From Carpediemonas membranifera BICM (taxonomy: Eukaryota > Protista > Fornicata), in contig JAHDYR010000012.1 of NCBI GenBank assembly GCA_019828565.1, positions 372,001 through 436,000 on the forward strand: a stretch of DNA of 64,000 nt, written 5' to 3'. Below the pieces are notes generated by a model. The model was not told the DNA's origin, did no database searches, and saw only the letters and a program-made list of their open reading frames with translations. This document shows positions 61,101 through 64,000 of this stretch, piece after piece; the first letter of the stretch is position 1; each line of letters starts with the position of its first letter. The translations under genes and the position numbers were made by a program.

Positions 61101-64000
61101 GTGACGACAGCAGTGCCCTGGGTCACAGTCCGCCGCGGTGGACACGCGGCCCGCAGTGTGATGCCCTTTCGCAGCAGGAAGATGTCGTTGACCGAGCAGG
61201 TGGCTGTGCCGACCAACACCCCGTCTGTATACCCCTCCGCCGTGACAGTGTCCTCGGGCAGCAGGCCGGCCAGCCGAGGGAACGTCGCCATGGCCCCGGA
61301 CGTCGCCCACACCACACTGCCACCGCAGCTCCACAGTACAACGTCCACACCGGGGCAGGAGACGCTGACAGGGCTCGGCTGGGGCAGGGCGCCCTCGGTC
61401 CTGACTGCAGTGCAGTTTAAGGTCAGGCCGGGACCAGTGAACGCGGCCGTCTGCCGGGACAGGAGCTCCAGCGGGGACATGGTGGCCTGGGCGATGGCAG
61501 CCCCGTCACAGTTGACCAGCTTCCATTCGTACGTTTCCCCGGCATGGGGCAGCGTGGCCAGTACGGTGCCGTCGACAAGAGAGTCCCAGGACGCTGCCCG
61601 GCCGCCGGTCTCGCAGCTCAGTGTACAGTCAGTGGGCGGGCTGGTGAAGTCGAGCTGGATGCCGACGGCCTCCAGTGACGGCGCTGAAGGGAGGTAGTCG
61701 AGGTCGCAGAGCTTGATGAAGCCGACCACATGGCCACGGGACAGCAGCGGGAGCTCCAGCGGGACGGCGGTGGTGGGGATCGAAGAGGGCGCCATGACAG
61801 TCGACCCGACCGTCCCAGTGGTGTCTGAGACAACACTGACGGTCAGCGGGCCGTATCTTCCGAATCTTTCACTGATCTCGGTCTCAATCTCAAACACTTG
61901 GAGCCCGTCAGCGGGTTTGAACGGTGAGAACGACGACAGCACCCCATTGGCAGTGGTCGCCACCGCAATGGCCCCGCCTGTGCCCACCAGGACAGGGATG
62001 GCCTTGAAGCGGGCCGCCCGAGCCTGGGGCAGCTGGGGATCCTCGGACACCGCGGCCATCTCGTCGACAGTCAGGGAGACGGTCGGCTTGGAGGCCGCCA
62101 GCGCCTCCTTGACGAGCTCAGTCGTGGTCTGCAGGTTGAGGTGGACCCTGGCAGCCTCCTTCGACGCCCGACCATACATGTATACTTCCTTGTTGACCAG
62201 ACACGACAGCAGCACGCGATACGTCGTCCAGTACTGCCCAACGACGGCCACAGCGTCCCCCGCCTCCCCCAGGACCTCGAGCAGGAGCATCGAGTCGGTC
62301 CCACCGCACGAGGCGGCGTCCAGCTCGAGCTCCACGGGGACACCTTCAGTTGCAAGAACAGACTGAATCAGGACAAGATCTGGAGATTTGGTCTGACCGT
62401 CCACGCTGACCGGCCTGGCCTTGACAGCCACTCTGACCCTGTTGTACTTCTGCCCGAAGATCTTGGGCAGGCGCGACCAAGTGACGCGAACCTTGCTATG
62501 ATCTGGGACACCGGTCGCCGACATGGCCGAGTCGAGCAAGGGGTTGGCGACCATGCGGCCCTGCTCAACGGCCACCGTCCCCGCGCCCTGAGAGCTGTCC
62601 GCCTTGCGGGGGGCGAGCACGAGGCCGGCGGAGACCTGCGACATGGCGAGGGAGAAGGTGCAGATCTCGTCGGGGCAGTCGAGATTGTCGAAGTCAAGCA
62701 CTTTGACCGTTATTGACCCGTTGACCCCGCCGCACGCCTCCACCGGCAGCGGGATGTCCCTGAAGTCCGGCGAGAGTGTGTTGGGCCTGACCTCCGTCAT
62801 GTGGATGAGCACGTCGCCGTCGGCGTGCGGGGTGGTCGGGTTGGAGTAAATCAACAGATACGGGTCCGCCCGACCGCCCTCAGTGATGGAGTCCATGCGC
62901 GGCAGGCCCTTGAAGATGAACGAGCAGCGGATCTCACCCGTACTGGCATCAGCCGCGGCCGACATCGGTCTCGGGGAGAGGGTCAGGGCGAGATCCCGAC
63001 CTTGGGCGTCCTTGAGCCCGACGAACGGCATGGGGCAGTGGGTCAGCGTGTAGAAGCTCGTGGTGGCGGAGTCCAGCTCCACTATGATGTCGCCGTTGAA
63101 CTTGTAGAGGACAACCTCCAGCGGGGCGAACTCGTCCGCGATGACGTCCCGGTCGACGGGGACGGGCTCGAACTGGGCCGAGTCGTGCAGCGGGGGCGAC
63201 CGGACGACCTCCTGGCCGTTGTAGACGAGGGCGAAGAAGACGCCCTTGACGGCAAAGACGGTGGGGGCGACGAGGCTGGCGTCGAGTCGGAAGGCCCGGG
63301 GTGCAGTCGGGACGACGATGACCTTGTGCGTGGCGTCTACACGCAGCGAGGTGGGGCATCTCAGGTTGGTCGATGGGACAACAGGCACTGTTGTATCCGC
63401 CACCTTGAGGGCGCCAGGCAGGAACGTCGCGACCCCGACCTCGACGGGCGTGGAGTAATCCTCCCACGCGACGATGCGGGCCACGATCGTGTCCTCGAGG
63501 TAGTCGCCGTCTATCGTCAGCGGGGTCCATGCAAGGCGGTCGGCCTTGTGTCTGCATGCTTCGGACACGAACAGCAGGTTCCTCGGGCTAACACTGTCGC
63601 GGTAGACCTCCACTTGCTTGGCCTTGGGTGTCAGGACCGAGTCGAGCAGTCCGTTGGCCTCTAGGAGCACTTGGTGCAGGATTCGGCCTCTATTGAGCCC
63701 GTCAACAAGCGCCATGCGGTACTTGACCGCGCCCACCCACTGTTCGATGACGTCGGGAGCGCCCTGCAGGACGATCGTGTGTGGTGGCTCCGTGCCGTCT
63801 GAGGTGTCGCAGGCCTGGATCGTCATGACGTTTGCGACTTCTTGGAATAGTTCGTCCGTGCCGTAACCGAGGCGGACCGAGGCGATGTTGTCCAGGGAAA
63901 TGTGATCTCGGTAGTTATTTGGCATCAGTACATCATCGCTGTATACGAAAATGCCCATGGAATTCAAGCTTATGTAGCGGGAATGCCAACGATGCGGCCT
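58178..64000 (-). CDS. Large PH + multiple copine-type C2 domain protein (5' end beyond window)
   Basis: C2 motifs (GLPRMD..ADPYL..NTLSP..DFD; GLDAKDVTGFSDPYL..RTLSP..IPLIN..NSG). The frame is open to the window edge with PH-like WHSRYISL. Confidence 0.85.
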   Translation of the reverse strand, partial: RPHRWHSRYISLNSMGIFVYSDDVLMPNNYRDHISLDNIASVRLGYGTDELFQEVANVMTIQACDTSDGTEPPHTIVLQGAPDVIEQWVGAVKYRMALVDGLNRGRILHQVLLEANGLLDSVLTPKAKQVEVYRDSVSPRNLLFVSEACRHKADRLAWTPLTIDGDYLEDTIVARIVAWEDYSTPVEVGVATFLPGALKVADTTVPVVPSTNLRCPTSLRVDATHKVIVVPTAPRAFRLDASLVAPTVFAVKGVFFALVYNGQEVVRSPPLHDSAQFEPVPVDRDVIADEFAPLEVVLYKFNGDIIVELDSATTSFYTLTHCPMPFVGLKDAQGRDLALTLSPRPMSAAADASTGEIRCSFIFKGLPRMDSITEGGRADPYLLIYSNPTTPHADGDVLIHMTEVRPNTLSPDFRDIPLPVEACGGVNGSITVKVLDFDNLDCPDEICTFSLAMSQVSAGLVLAPRKADSSQGAGTVAVEQGRMVANPLLDSAMSATGVPDHSKVRVTWSRLPKIFGQKYNRVRVAVKARPVSVDGQTKSPDLVLIQSVLATEGVPVELELDAASCGGTDSMLLLEVLGEAGDAVAVVGQYWTTYRVLLSCLVNKEVYMYGRASKEAARVHLNLQTTTELVKEALAASKPTVSLTVDEMAAVSEDPQLPQARAARFKAIPVLVGTGGAIAVATTANGVLSSFSPFKPADGLQVFEIETEISERFGRYGPLTVSVVSDTTGTVGSTVMAPSSIPTTAVPLELPLLSRGHVVGFIKLCDLDYLPSAPSLEAVGIQLDFTSPPTDCTLSCETGGRAASWDSLVDGTVLATLPHAGETYEWKLVNCDGAAIAQATMSPLELLSRQTAAFTGPGLTLNCTAVRTEGALPQPSPVSVSCPGVDVVLWSCGGSVVWATSGAMATFPRLAGLLPEDTVTAEGYTDGVLVGTATCSVNDIFLLRKGITLRAACPPRRTVTQGTAVVTVQSTRVVGRIQLEPCDTGTEVPVPEFVRVAVDSPHHFLAVSSDGQIFTTAVGGDRSIKVDCGAVLELFSVDPHGLHDRLASFPISAAVTVAGDWAIKANGVTVTVSPAHAADPIPAAIRLKATFLDTNPESPLFVVGQTQLTSILEQQRPAFTTPMFVSSEGVVSLPTAGPVSVDVSGRGSVIMTPGMAVVGSLHPLCHAADGVSTLVGYAEVTETLPAQEQVAAARHILIGVSGVDADYYLRVHTMLGAAFAPVAVTKPCAGLQQRVLLPRVTTDTGLRIDLLNQRHELLGSALTSVRLGTGAVESDGTVVGTVTITEDDAGVEPLDPNPVYLSIALKEKRPSGGLRLYSGETLLSRMSGYDWPRIPLYCGPTEVLAIVVDDGHGDETRVETSMFELNAMVGRSVMFGQVTLEVAPNTDRQLTVPQRSLVTVHVDGLPSTDGPMGLCDPFLELTTDVEGVSVPIQTTPFAPNTLAAKFALVLDAKHCGGAHRELTLTVRDWDSDGLTAKVAAAPLSYNSLTMLHLEQPLSRLDEHRGTVRPTSVMPLSSQQGIVAGDSVRLSLACSGLDAKDVTGFSDPYLVISSSPYRSTTTAVEPMTMIYRSEIHRRTLSPTFKEFVLPLTATGGLAGTVRVDVFDHNDVGAASFIGSATVPMARLCSAGFHIPLINSVKRNRMLYRNSGMLMVRSVLAVDRPMRVPAQSVRVILRVSGHPKLIPHPFLRFRGHCVDPRAAFTFTVDPECTHRVGQGLVLPLPSDRLVAITMRDTELLSTPVYDDGKFAVKLSQAMVGGYYRAFAIELWNSGGTGETKLGELTTSLAEFSASLSHNARQSLRFGGGLKLHVVTIEEMTGFGGPLTGVELAVDIYAASTDDFDDMTRSELSLVVSGTPSPIKGVREAAGWSLRIDLTDQPLHAEARLRLTCGGEVFGETMPRGLYGMVLSTGHPLHMDMRSHREGTAPGMRALIIQQAIYH

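Overview
A gene-dense, GC-rich eukaryotic (protist) region with about 35 protein-coding loci, very short intergenic spacers and a few tiny 28-34 nt GT-AG introns. Flagellar genes (CFAP45, CFAP77), BUD31, TOP3B, COMMD and CSN7-like genes, tiny introns with the branch point fused to the acceptor, and a GTAAA 3'-end motif suggest a compact-genome flagellate, probably a fornicate/metamonad such as a Carpediemonas-like organism (inference). The standout is a Fanzor (eukaryotic TnpB-like RNA-guided nuclease) locus at about 34.3-35.9 kb on the minus strand. It has an intact RuvC D-E-D triad and Zn finger, is split by a 1-nt frameshift, and is bracketed by 36-bp direct repeats. A second, diverged 3'-end remnant of the same family lies at 41.85-42.15 kb. 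The two copies share a two-hairpin junction over the stop codon with compensatory base changes, a candidate omegaRNA scaffold. Also present: two bacterial-type histidine kinases (one lacking the phospho-His), a membrane-anchored proline dehydrogenase, an ankyrin-OTU pseudogene, two dispersed duplications of gene fragments, and a candidate structured ncRNA. All family assignments come from motif recognition by eye; no database search was run.
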